From: a virus
Direction: 5' to 3' (one strand)
DNA: 64,000 bases
IMG/VR virus record: IMGVR_UViG_3300006903_000012
The translations under genes were made by a program, and so were the position numbers. The notes beneath the pieces were generated by a model. It was not told where the DNA came from. It did not search any database and saw only the letters and a list, made by a program, of their open reading frames with translations. Of this stretch, positions 17,299 through 27,926 are shown piece by piece (position 1 is the first letter of the stretch; every line of letters begins with the position of its first letter).

Positions 17299-17886
17299 TT
17301 ACCCTCTCAAAGAATTAATGATCGATTGTGTAATAATTTTTTGCATCTCAACCTTTGAAGCCACAAATGCTGTTGTTAGATAAGGAAATGGTAACGTACC
17401 ATCTCTACCAATTTTTCTAGCAATCATAAAAGCAAGTTGTCGCATTTCCCGATCAACGATTGCTTTTTTATGTCGCTTTCGAGCATATACTAACCCTGCT
17501 TTACCTTTGAGTCCACCAGAAATAGACCTAGGAACGATTCCTTTTTCTTTTATCCACTGTAAAATAGCATCAACCGGTGGTGGTCTTCTCGGCCCATGAC
17601 CAGCAGCAGGACCAGTACCTTGATGTAACCAATAACCAGAAATAACTGATGGTCCAACCCGACATCGCCAAGCTCCATCTTTAAAAATAATCGGTGAAAC
17701 ACCTATTGATCTGATTGTTCTACCTGATGCACGTCCACGTGGGGCTGCTAAAGCAAACACTGCATGGACACGATTTATTAGAAAATTTGCTGCCAACCCC
17801 AACCCTGTTCGAGCACCCGCGTTTAACACATTCAATCGGCTCTTATTGATTCCTGCTCGAGTCACATTAACTTCGTCGTCTGCCAC
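17299..17886 (-). CDS. HK97 gp10-like tail/neck component (195 aa)
   Basis: Position after the head-tail adaptor and an ATGA-type junction with 17886..18269. The family call is from remembered pattern only. Confidence 0.45.
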   Translation of the reverse strand: MADDEVNVTRAGINKSRLNVLNAGARTGLGLAANFLINRVHAVFALAAPRGRASGRTIRSIGVSPIIFKDGAWRCRVGPSVISGYWLHQGTGPAAGHGPRRPPPVDAILQWIKEKGIVPRSISGGLKGKAGLVYARKRHKKAIVDREMRQLAFMIARKIGRDGTLPFPYLTTAFVASKVEMQKIITQSIINSLRG

Positions 17887-18269
17887 TATTGAATTCTTCT
17901 AGCCTCCTCCCATCTCCGCAATGATAAATACTTGTGTCGGCGAAGATCACCAGGGCTATCGGCTATCGAATCATCCTGGATTGCCAAAACAACAAAATCC
18001 ATGCCTTGATATTGTCCGGATTCAGGAACAACAATATCATCAATTCGGATAATCAAATCGGTCAGGTCAGGTGATTGACAAACACAATCATATAGATTGC
18101 TAGCCTCGATACCCTGAACTCTCAAACCCATTGGTGACCTAGTTGCACCGATTCTGGCTGGAACTCCCGACCGTCGGACAGACCGTATCTGGACTGAGCC
18201 GCCGATATCGTCGTCGGATTGCTGTTGCCGTTCGTAAATCGCTATCGTTGTATTCAATCCCTGAAGCAT
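17886..18269 (-). CDS. Head-tail joining (head closure) protein-like (127 aa)
   Basis: The N-terminal pattern IAIYERQQQSDDDIGGSVQ resembles head-tail joining proteins, and the position fits. Confidence 0.5.
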   Translation of the reverse strand: MLQGLNTTIAIYERQQQSDDDIGGSVQIRSVRRSGVPARIGATRSPMGLRVQGIEASNLYDCVCQSPDLTDLIIRIDDIVVPESGQYQGMDFVVLAIQDDSIADSPGDLRRHKYLSLRRWEEARRIQ

Positions 18270-18363
18270 CTCGTAATCCTATCTGCACAAACGCCTCTAA
18301 CTCAACTTCGTCTCGTCGAACATTTAGCCAAGCGTCAACAATTCTTACAGATAATTCTATCAA

Positions 18364-19044
18364 CTATATCTTTCGTGATCGATAATCAAATGACCGCTTT
18401 ATGATTAGACTTCTCAACATCTCTTTAGCGAGTCCTATCATTGGATCAAGAAATCCAGATGCGCCACTGCTATCACTGCTTCCAAAATCACGGCTTTCAG
18501 AGTATCCCGCCGAAGACCAACTTGTTATTCTTTGATTTCCCTGAGATGACCAACCAATACCAGATCGCAAGTATCCTAAAGCCGCCATAAAAATAGCCGC
18601 TCGCAATGTCATTCCTTCCGGAGTTGTTGCGTCAGATTGTGCCACTGTAAATCCATAGGTGTAAGCGATTTGAACTCGTTGTGGACATACACCACACGGC
18701 CAACAGATATTACTAGGTCCACCGCAATGAACGACTTCGATAATCCCTTGCTCGGAATCTAAAACAACAGCACAATCACTTACTGTTTCCCAAGCACAGG
18801 TGCAACTTAAATTGTGCAAAGCTGTAACTGACTGAACAGAAATTAGTCGCTGTTTCTTCAGCATTATTTTTCCGTCAGTCACCGGCCAGGGAACTTCATC
18901 AGTTATAGTTGTCGGCTCAACCGCCGAATTCAGCCAAGTTGCAACCTGATTCTCCGCCAACAGAAGGGCATTAATTACATCTTGGGTTCGATAACTTCCT
19001 GTACCTCCTTGATAAGCAGAAAATTCAGATGCACTTGTTAGCAT
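18364..19044 (-). CDS. gp6-like head-tail connector protein with a Cys-rich insertion (226 aa)
   Basis: The N-terminus (SEFSAYQGG...DVINALLLAENQVATWL) resembles connector/DNA-packaging adaptor proteins. It is the first gene after the glycan island. Confidence 0.45.
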   Translation of the reverse strand: MLTSASEFSAYQGGTGSYRTQDVINALLLAENQVATWLNSAVEPTTITDEVPWPVTDGKIMLKKQRLISVQSVTALHNLSCTCAWETVSDCAVVLDSEQGIIEVVHCGGPSNICWPCGVCPQRVQIAYTYGFTVAQSDATTPEGMTLRAAIFMAALGYLRSGIGWSSQGNQRITSWSSAGYSESRDFGSSDSSGASGFLDPMIGLAKEMLRSLIIKRSFDYRSRKI

Positions 19045-19914
19045 TTACCAATATTTCCATTCATCATATTCTATAATATCCTTACATCGCATTCGGAATA
19101 TTTGCTCATTGAACCGAGCGGTTTCTGAATTATTTGATCCACCAGAGAAATGATACAACTTCACCAACGGTTGATAGATAACTTTGCCACCTAATTTTCT
19201 AACTTGAAGACAATACTGTACATCCTCAAAATTGCCTTTAGTATAAATTGGATCCAAACCGCCAATTGTTTGATAGATATTTCTGCGTGTCATCAAACAC
19301 GCACCAGTCACTGCATTCATCTCCAATCGTTGGATCACTCTAGGATGCTCAGCTCGCCAACCTTGATAAATATGATATGGCTGACCTAAAAGATTGAAGA
19401 CCACCCCAGCATGTTGAATTTTACCTGCTGGCCGATTGGGTACAACTGAATCTTCAGGATATAACAATCGAGCACCGACGACCCCAACTTCCAAATCGCT
19501 AAACTCATCGGTCATTCGCCGCAGCCAACCGTCTTCGCATATCTCAATATCTGAGTTTAACAAAAGAATAATTGGTGAATGCCCACGACTGACACCGTTG
19601 TTATTTGAAACAGCAAACCCTGAATTTTTGTGATTACGGATAATTTTGATTCTTGAATCTTTTTTATAATCAGCATACAACTGATCTAATTCATCACCAT
19701 CAGGTCCCAAGTCATCGACTAGAAACAATCGCCAATCTATGCCCGCATCAAATTTTCTCAATGAATCAACCATAATTGATAAAAATCTTGGCTGCCCATA
19801 AACTGCTGTAACTATGTCAACTGATGTGATCGGTGACTGTTTCAGACTCAGAAAGTCCGTCTTCGTTACTTGCTTCCGAAATTGTCTTCGTGACATTATT
19901 GTCCACCACCTCAT
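19045..19914 (-). CDS. Family 2 (GT-A) glycosyltransferase; start uncertain (overlaps the upstream gene by ~98 nt)
   Basis: Motifs VDIVTAVYGQPRFL, LVDDLGPDGD, NSGFAVSNNNGV and LLLNSDIEI. Confidence 0.75.
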   Translation of the reverse strand: MRWWTIMSRRQFRKQVTKTDFLSLKQSPITSVDIVTAVYGQPRFLSIMVDSLRKFDAGIDWRLFLVDDLGPDGDELDQLYADYKKDSRIKIIRNHKNSGFAVSNNNGVSRGHSPIILLLNSDIEICEDGWLRRMTDEFSDLEVGVVGARLLYPEDSVVPNRPAGKIQHAGVVFNLLGQPYHIYQGWRAEHPRVIQRLEMNAVTGACLMTRRNIYQTIGGLDPIYTKGNFEDVQYCLQVRKLGGKVIYQPLVKLYHFSGGSNNSETARFNEQIFRMRCKDIIEYDEWKYW

Positions 19915-21019
19915 ATAATTTCATCGATTTTAGAATAACATCTGCTGCGACCGACCAACTATCAATCTTTTGTTTAGGAATGCGTCCTTGAACTAAAACC
20001 TGATGTAATTTTTCGACTGCATCAAGAATATTCAAACTATAATAATTGATACCACCCAATGGGTAAGAAAATATTTTGTCAGATGTAACTAACCCACCGC
20101 TGCCATTAAGTGCTTCATAAATATTTGGATGATCAGTGGCAACGATTGGGCAACCTTGTGAGCGAGCTTCATAAAGCGGTAGACCAATTCCTTCAGCATA
20201 AGACGGCAAAAGAAAACATTCTGCATTCTGATAAAGATACTTCAACTGTTCTTGAGATACAGATTTGTTATGCTTCAAATCCAAACGATCGGCTGGAAAT
20301 CCATATCTCGAACATAAATCATCAAAATCACCCCAACCATCGGGACTATCAATATTAGTTACAAGAACATAATCCCAGTTCAGATCATTAGAATACATTT
20401 CTCGGTACTTAGCTAAAATTTCAATAGCTGCCGATAAATTTTTTCTAATTTGATTATCGGCCACTGTCAAAATAAATGGCCGATCATTGTTACGAACTAT
20501 CGGTTCTGAAACATCGTCAAGCCAAAATTCATCTAAGCCCACTGGTAACCTAATCGCATCAATCAATCGTTTCTTCAACTCTGAAACACCAAAATCTGTA
20601 AATGTAAACCGAAGTGACGATGATAGCATCAATGTCTGTGCCCATTTTCGATAGAATGGATCACTCTCAACTGGGAAGATTGATGCTACTTTTTTGCCTT
20701 TATAAAAAACGAGATCATGCCGTAAAACACTATCAATAATTCCAGTTTGTTTCTGAATATCCATTAAAAACAATATCCAGTCAGGATTTATCTCTTTGGA
20801 TAAAACTCTCAACTGCTCCGGAAGCCAGGGAAGATGAGTTGGAATCAATCTAAACGGATAATCATGCTCACGACCGTCATAATTAATTCCTAAAACTGTA
20901 ACGTCACAACCCATCTCGCTAAATTGCTTAGCAAACGCCGCTGCAATAGATTGATACCCCGACGGAACTAAAAAATCACACAACATCAGCAACTTTAATT
21001 GGCTATTCGTCTCTGCCAT
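19817..21019 (-). CDS. GT-B (GT4-like) glycosyltransferase (400 aa)
   Basis: C-terminal EGIGLPLYEARSQGCPIVATD matches the E-x7-E region of GT4 enzymes. Confidence 0.7.
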   Translation of the reverse strand: MAETNSQLKLLMLCDFLVPSGYQSIAAAFAKQFSEMGCDVTVLGINYDGREHDYPFRLIPTHLPWLPEQLRVLSKEINPDWILFLMDIQKQTGIIDSVLRHDLVFYKGKKVASIFPVESDPFYRKWAQTLMLSSSLRFTFTDFGVSELKKRLIDAIRLPVGLDEFWLDDVSEPIVRNNDRPFILTVADNQIRKNLSAAIEILAKYREMYSNDLNWDYVLVTNIDSPDGWGDFDDLCSRYGFPADRLDLKHNKSVSQEQLKYLYQNAECFLLPSYAEGIGLPLYEARSQGCPIVATDHPNIYEALNGSGGLVTSDKIFSYPLGGINYYSLNILDAVEKLHQVLVQGRIPKQKIDSWSVAADVILKSMKLYEVVDNNVTKTISEASNEDGLSESETVTDHIS

Positions 21020-22065
21020 TCACTTGTCCATTCTGTTACTAGATTATCGTAACTAAACTGCATCGCATACGTCTGACAATTTAAGCGCATACGTTTCTTA
21101 GTTTCTTCGTTGAGCAAAAGCGCGCGAACTGTCTGCTCAACAAACTTATCTTGATAACGCTGATTGCTAGACCCATAAGTCGGAACAACATAACCAGTTA
21201 CCTTATTCAAGACTTTCTCCAACAAAGCAGCGCGACCAGAAACAACTGGAATTGTTCCCCACAACATACTTTCTAGAATCGCCATTCCGCACGTTTCATA
21301 AAAATCTGATGGATACAAATATAAATCCGCTTGCCGTTGAGCATCTCTAGCTATCTCTGAATTAGCATGCTTAAAATTCACAACATCCAAATCTCGAAGC
21401 GATTCAACTTTTGTATAAATACCTCTCACCATCTCTTCATTCTCTTCAGCTGTATGTCCCCAACCCATAAACGAACTATACAAATGAAGTGATGCAAAAG
21501 GTACTTGAGACTTTATTTTCGGCCAAACAGTTAACAGGTTATCTAGCCCACGCTCAGGTGTTGCCATGAAAATACAGCGACCAGGCACCTTGGTAACTAA
21601 CGGTAGATCGATAACCTCGACACCATTGGATGACACTAACCAGTGGTCATCGTGAATTTCTTCTTCTTTAGCAATTTTTTCCTTCTGCCAATGACTAACA
21701 GAAATAACTAAATCAATTCTTCCAGCTCGGATATCTTCACCCAAACCAACACTTTCAGTATCAGCCAAAAATAAAACCTTCAATTTTGTATTCAGATCCT
21801 GCTGAAATGGTTCTCGGTGCCGTAACGAGTAGACAACATCAAAATATTCTTTAGGATCAAACTGAGCGATGTTACTCCAAAGAAGTCCGCCACCATAATC
21901 TATTCGAACTGTTTCTAGTCGATTGAAGACGTGAACTTGATGACCTTGCTTGACTAAATATCTAACTGTATTCAGAAATCCATTTTCAGAACCGCCCAAG
22001 CCTTTTTCTTTATGAGTATGAATATCAAATGCTGGAATATTCTGGTATATCATTGCAATTTTCAT
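20995..22065 (-). CDS. GT-B (GT4-like) glycosyltransferase (356 aa)
   Basis: Motif YETCGMAILESMLWGTIPVVS, with an N-terminal GGSENG. Confidence 0.7.
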   Translation of the reverse strand: MKIAMIYQNIPAFDIHTHKEKGLGGSENGFLNTVRYLVKQGHQVHVFNRLETVRIDYGGGLLWSNIAQFDPKEYFDVVYSLRHREPFQQDLNTKLKVLFLADTESVGLGEDIRAGRIDLVISVSHWQKEKIAKEEEIHDDHWLVSSNGVEVIDLPLVTKVPGRCIFMATPERGLDNLLTVWPKIKSQVPFASLHLYSSFMGWGHTAEENEEMVRGIYTKVESLRDLDVVNFKHANSEIARDAQRQADLYLYPSDFYETCGMAILESMLWGTIPVVSGRAALLEKVLNKVTGYVVPTYGSSNQRYQDKFVEQTVRALLLNEETKKRMRLNCQTYAMQFSYDNLVTEWTSEWQRRIAN

Positions 22066-22770
22066 TTAGTCATCAACCCTTTCCGGCATCCCATATTTTC
22101 GACATAGTTTTTTACGACTATCGTGCATAATATCTAAAATCGAAACTCCATCATGAGTCATCCATGATAACGTTCCATGCCGAAGATGAGTTACCATTCC
22201 ATTATCTTCAATTCCGGTTGGTAAAAGTCGATATCCAGCCGCTAGAAGCCGTTGGCAGAAATCAACGTCTTCACAAGTAAATACAAATTGCTCATCGAAT
22301 GGTTTTCCATCCTGAACAATTTTCAATGCCACTTCTTTTCTAAATGCTAAGAAGGCTCCCTCTAAAAATGAAAATCCATTCCAACTCATCAGTCGGGAAC
22401 CAGCCATTCCAACATCAGGAATTCTAGCTGCGTTCGCAAGAGATGACATCCAACCAACTCGATTAAAAATCACATCGTTATTAAGAAGCAAAATAACATC
22501 ACTATTACTAGAAAGCTCGATGATATTATTCCAACAAAAAGCAATTGACTCATTCGTTGGATATTGATATGGATGCCGATAAACTTCAGATGTTTCTGCT
22601 AATGGTATAAGATAATCAAACAAGATGTTTGTCTTGCTACCATTATCAATGAGAATGATCTCATATTCTTCATCGGCTGTTGCCTTCAAAGTCTCCAAAC
22701 AGACTTTTGTCATTTCTAAAATCTCTGGTCGGCCAGGAACATCGTGCACAATTATTCCAACTGTAATCAT
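22066..22770 (-). CDS. Family 2 glycosyltransferase (234 aa), paralog of 29825..30550 and 31492..32196
   Basis: Motifs GIIVHD..., ILIDNGS, LLLNNDVIFNRVGW and FTCEDVDFCQR. Confidence 0.75.
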   Translation of the reverse strand: MITVGIIVHDVPGRPEILEMTKVCLETLKATADEEYEIILIDNGSKTNILFDYLIPLAETSEVYRHPYQYPTNESIAFCWNNIIELSSNSDVILLLNNDVIFNRVGWMSSLANAARIPDVGMAGSRLMSWNGFSFLEGAFLAFRKEVALKIVQDGKPFDEQFVFTCEDVDFCQRLLAAGYRLLPTGIEDNGMVTHLRHGTLSWMTHDGVSILDIMHDSRKKLCRKYGMPERVDD

Positions 22771-23672
22771 TGGATAACCCCGCGATACTTCAGAGTATCT
22801 AAGGCATGTTCCATTCTAATTTTGTAAGTTGCAGACTCTAAAATATATTGACGAGCAAGATCACCTGACTTCTCATCAGCAGAAGTCAGAGCTTCATCAA
22901 CGATTCGATATAATTGATCTAACGATGTGTAATCCCAAATAAAGGGACTATTAGGACTAAATAGTCGATTGATTGATGGGACAAAGTTCGTCACTAAAGG
23001 AATGCCACATGACAACGTTTCAAAAACTCGCATATTCACATCATAGGCCACCGGCTCGCCATAGAAAGAACTAATATTGAAACCGACTTTTGATCCACGC
23101 AAAACTGTCGCCCCTGCATTCATTAGAGCTACTCCATGCCCCAAGAAGCCCAGTCGATAGCGTTTAGCTAATTGATCCAAAACTTGCTGCCGAGTTGCAT
23201 CCCAAACATTGCCAACAAAACCAATATCATAAATTTTTTCTTGTTTGGGTTCATTATTCCACACATCCGGATCCGCTGCCAAGGGTAGCCAACTGACTCG
23301 ATTGATTTTATTAGCAAAACAATCTTCAACATCTTCTAATTGTGATTGAAACACCCAGCCGCCCGCAGCATTGATAATTTTACAAGTCGACAAATCAGTC
23401 GGATTCTTAAGAGTTTTTCCGCGTCGATAATCAATCATCCAAAAGCAAACTTTCTTCATATTTGGATGGGTTGCAATCTCAATATCAGTTAGATTCAGCG
23501 GCCCGCCGCTATCGACACAAAAATACAAATCGTAACTATCAGCTTTCAGTTCTCGATAAAAATCCCATTGCGATAAAATATCAACCTGATGTCCAAGCTG
23601 CTGAAACGCTCGCTTACTATACTCACCAGTAGTTCCAATTTCATAAGCGGCAATTGGAATTGCAATTTTCAT
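22767..23672 (-). CDS. CgeB-like glycosyltransferase (301 aa), paralog of 28503..29444
   Basis: It shares an architecture with 28503..29444 (DLYFCVDSG/DLFWCQDSG, SWLPLAADP/SWLPIAGDP, FETLSCGIPLVTN/FEAPLCGIPVVTP). Confidence 0.6.
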   Translation of the reverse strand: MKIAIPIAAYEIGTTGEYSKRAFQQLGHQVDILSQWDFYRELKADSYDLYFCVDSGGPLNLTDIEIATHPNMKKVCFWMIDYRRGKTLKNPTDLSTCKIINAAGGWVFQSQLEDVEDCFANKINRVSWLPLAADPDVWNNEPKQEKIYDIGFVGNVWDATRQQVLDQLAKRYRLGFLGHGVALMNAGATVLRGSKVGFNISSFYGEPVAYDVNMRVFETLSCGIPLVTNFVPSINRLFSPNSPFIWDYTSLDQLYRIVDEALTSADEKSGDLARQYILESATYKIRMEHALDTLKYRGVIQ

Positions 23673-24679
23673 ACTTTGACCGCCTCCAGACGGCGTTGTT
23701 TTTCGTAATGTATAAGTTTCCTAAGTCCTTCGAGCAATTCAACCATCGGTGTCCAGCCCAAATAATTTCTAGTTTTACGTATATCTAAAACATTGTAATC
23801 TACTTCTTCTAGATTATTCTCTAAAAATCGATATCGCAATTCTTGTTTTGGATATTGAATTTGGTATACTGAATGAAGTAAGCCTAAAATTGTTGTCTCA
23901 ATACTTGTTCCAATATTAAAAACAAGTTTGGGTGATCCGATTCCTTCAAACTCTAAAGATCGGACATTAGCGGCAACTACATCATCAATATAAATAAAGT
24001 CACGAATCTTAGAACCATCACCGTAAATGGTAGATATGCGATTAGAAAGAACATCATCAACGAACTTAGAAACCGCACCAGCTTCTCCCGATACCGACTG
24101 TCTAGGCCCATAGACATTACTATACCTAAGAACCAACAGCTGCCCAGAAAAAGTCTTAGTAAGAAGTTCTTCACAGTATTTTTTTGTCATCCCATAAATA
24201 TCTTTGGGATCTGTTGCATAATACTCTTGAATCGGTCTTTTACTATATTCTTGAGAACCATAAATCGCACCGCCGCTAGATGCAAAAATAAGTTTCTTAA
24301 CTCCATACCTATTACTCAGTTCTGAAACATTAACTGTGCCTAAAACATTTGTAGCAACATAGTCAGCTACATTGTCTTTTGCTTCACGAATTCGACAAAG
24401 AGCAGCATGATGATTGACGACTTCTGGTTGGAATTCAGCAAAAGTTTTTTGCAATCTATCAAATTCTAAAATCGAACAATGTTTAAAACTACATCGATTA
24501 TTATAAAGCTGTCTATTTGTCCAAGCTGGAATTGCTCCATGAAAAGATAACAGGTTATCTACGATCAAAACTTCGTGCCCAAGTTCAAGATACCTATCAA
24601 CAATATGAGAACCGATAAATCCTGCACCACCAGTAACTAGGATTCTCATTTTTCCATTCCAAACATATGACCGATCCAA
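23669..24679 (-). CDS. NAD-dependent sugar-nucleotide epimerase/dehydratase (extended SDR, GalE-like)
   Basis: Motifs ILVTGGAGFIGSH, YGMTKKYCEEL (YxxxK) and LRYSNVYGPRQ. Confidence 0.8.
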   Translation of the reverse strand: MDRSYVWNGKMRILVTGGAGFIGSHIVDRYLELGHEVLIVDNLLSFHGAIPAWTNRQLYNNRCSFKHCSILEFDRLQKTFAEFQPEVVNHHAALCRIREAKDNVADYVATNVLGTVNVSELSNRYGVKKLIFASSGGAIYGSQEYSKRPIQEYYATDPKDIYGMTKKYCEELLTKTFSGQLLVLRYSNVYGPRQSVSGEAGAVSKFVDDVLSNRISTIYGDGSKIRDFIYIDDVVAANVRSLEFEGIGSPKLVFNIGTSIETTILGLLHSVYQIQYPKQELRYRFLENNLEEVDYNVLDIRKTRNYLGWTPMVELLEGLRKLIHYEKQRRLEAVKV

Positions 24680-25356
24680 CGAACGTCCACTTCAATTGTT
24701 CGGCCATGTGGAACCATATAAAGTTTCCAGCCAGTTTCGAGATCATCACCAAAAACTTCTTTAAACATATTGACCCACCAAGTTACTGACTTCAAGTTCA
24801 CATGACTCTGATCTTGATCGGACGGCACTTGTCCATCGGGCAAATCAATTCCATCCCCAATACTGATTAAATGCACAATTCTAGTTGTTGCGACTCGGCG
24901 ACAATGCTCTAAACAACTTCTAACCTGCACCGGCGTCAAATGTTCAAGTACATCATTTGAGAAAATCAAATCCTGCGTATTATCTCCAAGTGCATACAAA
25001 TCGGAAATATCTTGCTCAATTAAATACGGTTGGACATCCGGATGTGCCGTTGAGACTGCATAATGCGAGTGATCGATACCCAATGGAATAACCGCTAAAT
25101 CTGGCAAGTTCAAAAATCCCCAGATCGCCCATCCACGACCACAGCCTAATTCTAAATAACTCTTGAACGGCCCCCAACGATTCCAGGTGTCTCGTGCCCA
25201 AGATTGACAAGCAGCAAGATTATTTGAATAGTCATTTCCATTATAGCTCCCACGACCAGACTCGTCACCTCTCTCCCAATAATCATAATCATAAAAATTC
25301 GCGGGAACAGATCCGTCTGAGTTCAATACTGGTTTATTTGTATAAGGTGCCGACAT
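24646..25356 (-). CDS. Class I SAM-dependent methyltransferase (236 aa)
   Basis: Motifs LELGCGRGW (motif I) and IFSNDVLEHL. Confidence 0.7.
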   Translation of the reverse strand: MSAPYTNKPVLNSDGSVPANFYDYDYWERGDESGRGSYNGNDYSNNLAACQSWARDTWNRWGPFKSYLELGCGRGWAIWGFLNLPDLAVIPLGIDHSHYAVSTAHPDVQPYLIEQDISDLYALGDNTQDLIFSNDVLEHLTPVQVRSCLEHCRRVATTRIVHLISIGDGIDLPDGQVPSDQDQSHVNLKSVTWWVNMFKEVFGDDLETGWKLYMVPHGRTIEVDVRWIGHMFGMEK

Positions 25357-25373
25357 TTTACTTACTCCTTAAT

Positions 25374-26456
25374 CTAGGAATACTTCTCAATCATTTCTCG
25401 ATATAACTGATTGTATTCAACAGCTGAGCGGCGAGCATCATACAGTTGATTTGCTCGTTTCGAACCGTAAAACCCTAACTTCCGACGAAGCTCATCATCG
25501 GATTCTAATAGAAGAGATATCGCATTAGCGTAAGACTTTGATTTATCTAGTGGCATGGGATCTTCACGAGCTGACTCGATATAAAATGCTGAAGCATCGC
25601 AAATCTCTTTACACACTGCATAATCATTGGTCACGATTGGAACTTGAGCGGCCATTGCCTCGACCATTACGCGCCCGAAAGACTCTTGCCAAGTTGGAAA
25701 ACAAAAAACATCCATTGCCCCAAAGGCAGTTGCTTTATCTCGTGTAAATCCAGGAAACCTTATATCAACACTTTTAGTAGTCGCTAGATGAATCGCGCGG
25801 CCCCGATCAACTCCATCACCGAACATAATAAATTGACAGTCGGGAAACTCATCTTTCACGAATTTGGCAATATCCAAAAACGAGAATGGACACTTAAATT
25901 GATCGAAGCGCCCGAACCAGCCAACTACAAGACGATTAGGATCAAGTCCCCATTTTTGCTTACATTCTTGTTTCGTCAAGTTTGTCTTGCATCGATCTAA
26001 ATCAACGCCGCCGACAATGACCTTGAACTCATCTTTACCATTACTACCATGAACCCAGTGCTTGTGGCTCAAATATACTGGCTGGACTTTTCCATATCGT
26101 TCCCAACCACCACTATACGAAACACAAGCTACCTGCTCAACTATTGGAAGTTGCAAATCCATTGCTGCTTGATATCCGTACTGCACATCACCACAAGCTA
26201 GAACATGAACTAATTGGATTTGATTATCAACTAAAATCTGCCGAAAATCCGAAACCGAACCGTTGCCTCTCACTCGATGAATCGGAACACCTAGCTCCTG
26301 CAATTCATCTAAAGATGCCGACCAACCAGAAGCATCTTCAGTCATAAAAATATATTCAAATTCGTTTCGATCAGAATACCGAATCTGATCGATAACCATA
26401 TCTTCCGCGCCACCAACTCCGGCCCAGTGCACATAATAAGCAATCCGAATAGGCAT
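25374..26456 (-). CDS. GT-B (GT4-like) glycosyltransferase (360 aa)
   Basis: Motif ESFGRVMVEAMAAQVPIVTND. Confidence 0.7.
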   Translation of the reverse strand: MPIRIAYYVHWAGVGGAEDMVIDQIRYSDRNEFEYIFMTEDASGWSASLDELQELGVPIHRVRGNGSVSDFRQILVDNQIQLVHVLACGDVQYGYQAAMDLQLPIVEQVACVSYSGGWERYGKVQPVYLSHKHWVHGSNGKDEFKVIVGGVDLDRCKTNLTKQECKQKWGLDPNRLVVGWFGRFDQFKCPFSFLDIAKFVKDEFPDCQFIMFGDGVDRGRAIHLATTKSVDIRFPGFTRDKATAFGAMDVFCFPTWQESFGRVMVEAMAAQVPIVTNDYAVCKEICDASAFYIESAREDPMPLDKSKSYANAISLLLESDDELRRKLGFYGSKRANQLYDARRSAVEYNQLYREMIEKYS

Positions 26457-27421
26457 TATAAAAGAATTCCGATCTCTTCCAGCATTTCTTGGATCTGTGG
26501 AATAGTTAGGCGAATATCAGGAATGTCAGATTGCTTCACATTTGTTGCCTTAGATTTATCCGGATGTACAACCAAAAGTTTTCCGATCTCGGTCTCAACC
26601 ATCTGTAATCGCTCATATTCGTCTGGCTCTAACAATGGTTCAATTAATCGCTCACCTGGACGAAATCCAACAACATCTGACCGATGCTTAGGATCAATAG
26701 CAGCAGCTAAATCGCCAATAAATAGATAGGGCATAACCCTACTCCAAATTACCCCATGCGAAAATTCAAAAGCTCCACCAAACAAAGAAACTTCGGCGGC
26801 CTGCATAGGTGTTATAGCGAATCTCATCATTCCAGGATCTGTAACTGTTAATGGTTCAAATTTATTTCTTTGCTCAAGAAATTTCCACACAACACTACCA
26901 CGACTACCCAAAACATTTCCATATCTAGAAACTGTTATCTTAGTATTTCGTTCGGGATATGAAAGAAATAATTTCTCCTGAAGACGTTTTGTCATTCCCA
27001 TAACGCCAGCAGGCGATGCAGCCTTATCAGAACTAATGCCAATCAAAATGCGAACATTGTTACTAATACTTGATTCCAAAACATTGATCGCACCCAGCAA
27101 ATTAATTTCTAGCGCTTCCGTGACATTTAATTCGCACAGATCAACATGCTTTAGAGCAGCAGCATGGATGACAATATCTTTACCTTTACAAACCTGCTCA
27201 ACTGCGAACCGATCCCGAACGTCACCTAAAACACCTTTTGTCCCAGGATACATTCGAAATGTTTCAGCTTGCAGTGTTTCATCACGACTAAAAATTGTAA
27301 TCTCGTCCGCCACATCAGTCAGCATGTCAATCATAGCTCGACCGATGCTACCGGAACCACCAGTAATCAATATTCGCGCACCGCGATAAAATTCTAAAAA
27401 CTTATACACGTCGCCTCCCAA
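26456..27421 (-). CDS. CapD/PseB/FlaA1-type UDP-sugar 4,6-dehydratase-like SDR (321 aa)
   Basis: Motifs ILITGGSGSIGRAM, SRDETLQ, GDVRD, IHAAALKHVDLCELNVTEA, ISSDKAASPAGVMGMTKRL. Confidence 0.8.
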   Translation of the reverse strand: MGGDVYKFLEFYRGARILITGGSGSIGRAMIDMLTDVADEITIFSRDETLQAETFRMYPGTKGVLGDVRDRFAVEQVCKGKDIVIHAAALKHVDLCELNVTEALEINLLGAINVLESSISNNVRILIGISSDKAASPAGVMGMTKRLQEKLFLSYPERNTKITVSRYGNVLGSRGSVVWKFLEQRNKFEPLTVTDPGMMRFAITPMQAAEVSLFGGAFEFSHGVIWSRVMPYLFIGDLAAAIDPKHRSDVVGFRPGERLIEPLLEPDEYERLQMVETEIGKLLVVHPDKSKATNVKQSDIPDIRLTIPQIQEMLEEIGILL

Positions 27422-27926
27422 CGTAATAACTAGAAGATTTCATTTTGCCCCATGACCAATCTTTATCTTTCCACAACTCACTTTTCAATTCAACTTCATC
27501 ACCATAATACCCACTTTCAAGTCGTTCGAAATTTGGATCAAACAACATTTCTAATGCCTGATGTGAAAGTCTCCAATAATCACCACTTGGATCATGGTAA
27601 GGAAATGCCCAAGGTATGGCTACAACTACATGTCCTCCCGAGCGAACAATATTTCCGATATTATTAATCGCCGCATATAAAGAAGGAATATGTTCAAGAG
27701 TATCAACTGTAATTAGAGTACCCACGGACCCATAAACCGAGCCACATATCTCGGTAATATCTATTACTTTATCAACATCTGGTTTATCGCGTTTATCCCA
27801 CACTTGATAATCAAATAAATCTTTAAATTGTCGATCAGTTTCACAACCACCCAAATCGACTATTGGACCTTGAAAATTATACTTACGATGTAACTCTGCA
27901 ATAAAAGGTGTTGTTTCAGGTCTCAT
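27402..27926 (-). CDS. SAM-dependent methyltransferase-like protein (174 aa)
   Basis: Motifs IVDLGG, TVDTLEHI and GGHVVVAIP. Confidence 0.55.
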   Translation of the reverse strand: MRPETTPFIAELHRKYNFQGPIVDLGGCETDRQFKDLFDYQVWDKRDKPDVDKVIDITEICGSVYGSVGTLITVDTLEHIPSLYAAINNIGNIVRSGGHVVVAIPWAFPYHDPSGDYWRLSHQALEMLFDPNFERLESGYYGDEVELKSELWKDKDWSWGKMKSSSYYVGRRRV